This document shows positions 61,790 to 64,000 of a stretch of 64,000 nucleotides of DNA, piece by piece. The notes under the pieces were generated by a model that was not told the DNA's origin, made no database searches, and saw only the letters and a program-made list of their open reading frames with translations. Within the stretch, counting starts at the first letter, position 1; every line of letters begins with the position of its first letter. Source of the stretch: Octopus sinensis. Its lineage: Eukaryota. The DNA is taken from assembly GCF_006345805.1 (NCBI RefSeq), contig NC_043002.1:102672001-102736000 (forward strand). Direction: 5' to 3'. The translations under genes and the position numbers were made by a program.

Positions 61790-63277
61790 CATTCCCCTTC
61801 ATCAGTTGTTCCCTGTTTCATCTATTCCGCGTGGCGAAGGTAAGGACAATACGCGACTTCGTTAAAACAGTCCTTCCAGCAAAACCACAAGCGATATTCC
61901 TCCTTGAGTTCCCGCAGCCTACCCTCCAAAGACACCGTTATGACCTCCACAGCTATCGGTGGAGGCCATTCGGGATCCTGTGTGAAGGCTAAAGTTAATT
62001 CCTTATGGTGCCTTCCACCACCTTTTCTAACTCTCCGTCTCTGTAGAAGAGGACCAATAGTTCCACTTCCTCCGGGTTCGAGGTAGTCAATTTTACCGTT
62101 GGCAGCACAGTTATCCCCAACGGTGTCTCTTCCCCTGCTGGTGGCACAACCCCTACCGGCAAGGTTCCGGTACACTCCGGTGCTATGTCACCGACTGCCG
62201 GTACTGTCCCGTTTCTCCTCCTTTTCTTGTTATTCTTCCTCTCAACTGAGGGAGGGTGCGTCTCCTTCGTGACCGGGAGATTCACCTCCCCTCCTTCGTC
62301 CCCAAGCTCCTTCGGTGAGCACCCATTGTTGCTCACCTTCTTCCTCTTGCGGCCCTTCCCTGAGGAGTCCTCCGTCGCCTCAGCTACCTTCGTTCCCTCT
62401 TCTACAGAGGTCACAATTGACTGCTCCAGGACTTTGCTCTGTTCCTGAGGACCGTTTTTCCTTATAAAGCCAGGCTCCAGGAAGTGATGACATCTGGAGG
62501 GTGGGGGCGACCCTCAAGTTTCACCGGGTCCCTGCACCCGGCCATTTTCAAAAAATCTGGCATAACTAGATTCATGGATGATTGGGTCTGCAGGGTGAAA
62601 ACAGCTTTGACCCAACCCAATAAGCCGCAGGAGGAAGTTTCACGTTGAGGAGCCAGGCTCCGCTGTCACCCAGACGCCGATGGATAGTATCCTCTCTCCA
62701 GTGGGGTTCAATTCCGGTTGGCATACCACAGACCCAGGCCATCGTCAATTTTTCCCCACAAAATGTGGGAAGAAACAAAATTTCTTTACCCTCAATGGGC
62801 TGGGTCACAAAACTGGGATCCTCCTTTGGGGTGTCAAACAGCAACCACCCCGTTGCATGTTTGACTCCCCTAGAGATATATTTAATGGTTGGCAGATGTT
62901 CTGTCAACTCCTGCTCAATCATTTGCTTGGTGAAGATGGTAATGGTGTGGAGAACCTTCTAATATGTTCTCAACACCACCTACCTTTCCTCTTGCTGTTT
63001 GAGCCATTCTTTAGGTGGGATAATCTCACAATCTGCAATCGTATCCGTATTATTTTTGCCATGTTTTAAATTACAAGTATAAAAGTCCAAAACAATAGTT
63101 CACAAAAAAGGAAAGAGAGAATTCAAAAGAAGAAAAATGGAAAGAAGAAAAAAAGAGAACAGTTCAATTAAAAAGTCACAATAGAAGAAGAAAGCAACAG
63201 CTTAAAAAAAAATGACAGCAAAAAAATCTTCTGGGCATGCAGGTACTCCAATTCGAACCTGTACCACTCCACTTGAA
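61790..63277 (-). mobile_element. L1/Tx1-like element, 5'UTR plus ORF1 only (frameshifted)
   Basis: ORF1-like peptides (IEGKEILFLPTFCGEKLTMAWVCGMPTGIE; EGRP followed by the degenerate knuckle CHHFLEPGFIRKNG; basic KRKK and NKKRRR patches). No ORF2 follows. Confidence 0.65.
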
Positions 63278-63550
63278 ATACAGCTTTCGGATGTAGTTGT
63301 AAAATACACACTATTTAGAAACAGCGAGCGACTTTTGGTGGCAGGTTATGTCACCAAGCTATAGTTCTCACAATGAGAAAACATTTTCACTTCAAGTGAA
63401 CACTTGTTTTCCAATAATGGTAAATGTTGTCGTTGTAAAAACATGCACCGCCAGAAAGTAAAAAAAATGAGAAAAAGATGAGGATTCCCTGTTTGTAAAA
63501 CATATAAGCACAGACAACGATCCTCACTGGATCCAAGAGAAAATTCTTAC

Positions 63551-63628
63551 CTTGCAGCATCTTCTTTTGGCAGGCTAAACACTGCCGGTTATCTTCTTCA
63601 GTGTGCAACACAATGACGCATGCGTACA
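63551..63628 (-). CDS. Candidate 78-nt symmetric exon, unverified
   Basis: Donor AAG|GTAAGA and acceptor ccttgttgtcag. One open frame, YACVIVLHTEEDNRQCLACQKKMLQ, phase 1-1. Confidence 0.25.
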
Positions 63629-64000
63629 CTGACAACAAGGACTCATGGGAAGTATGAAGGCTACTTGGTAAGCAATCTACATTATTTCATAAAATTTGCC
63701 ATGAAGGCATTACAAAGAGGGGACGAACAAGGACAGACAACCATAAAAAGGTGTAGTAGCTGCTATAACGTTTAAAAATTTATGATGATAAATTCATGAT
63801 AAAATTTTGAAATATCAAATTACTATTTACAAATTATAATTTACAAATTACTAATTACTAATTACCAATTACATGATAACATATTACTCATTGCGATTGC
63901 AGTGACTTCTTTGAAGGAAAGGCATCCGACCACCAGGATAGAACCCTTGATTTCTCTTTCCTTTTCCTTCTTTTGGACTCCACTTAGCTGGTGCCAATCG

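Overview
Repeat-dominated, AT-rich eukaryotic (animal) intronic or intergenic DNA. An octopus/coleoid cephalopod origin is most likely; this is inferred from the tRNA-derived SINE families and the very dense (TA)n, (CA)n, (TATC)n and (TAA)n microsatellites. No host gene can be called with confidence, only a few splice-flanked candidate micro-exons. Almost all ORFs in the supplied track are microsatellite translations or transposon fragments. The supported content is a transposable-element cluster. It holds two near-complete inverted copies of one DD34D mariner plus fragments, a rosa-like (DD41D-type) element, MITEs, and three to four non-autonomous Helitrons. It also holds a full-length R4/Dong-like element with two further Dong fragments (all at TAA microsatellites), a full-length CR1-clade LINE, L1/Tx1 pieces, two Penelope-like GIY-YIG fragments, a HERO-like fragment and about 12 SINE copies. 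There is a 100-N assembly gap. The most unusual observations are three. First, the CR1 ORF1 carries four tandem CCCH zinc fingers. Second, several hammerhead-ribozyme-like motifs have non-canonical cores (two unrelated ones share CCGANGA), and one pair lies behind a correctly spaced TATA/Inr promoter. Third, there are two long near-perfect palindromes.
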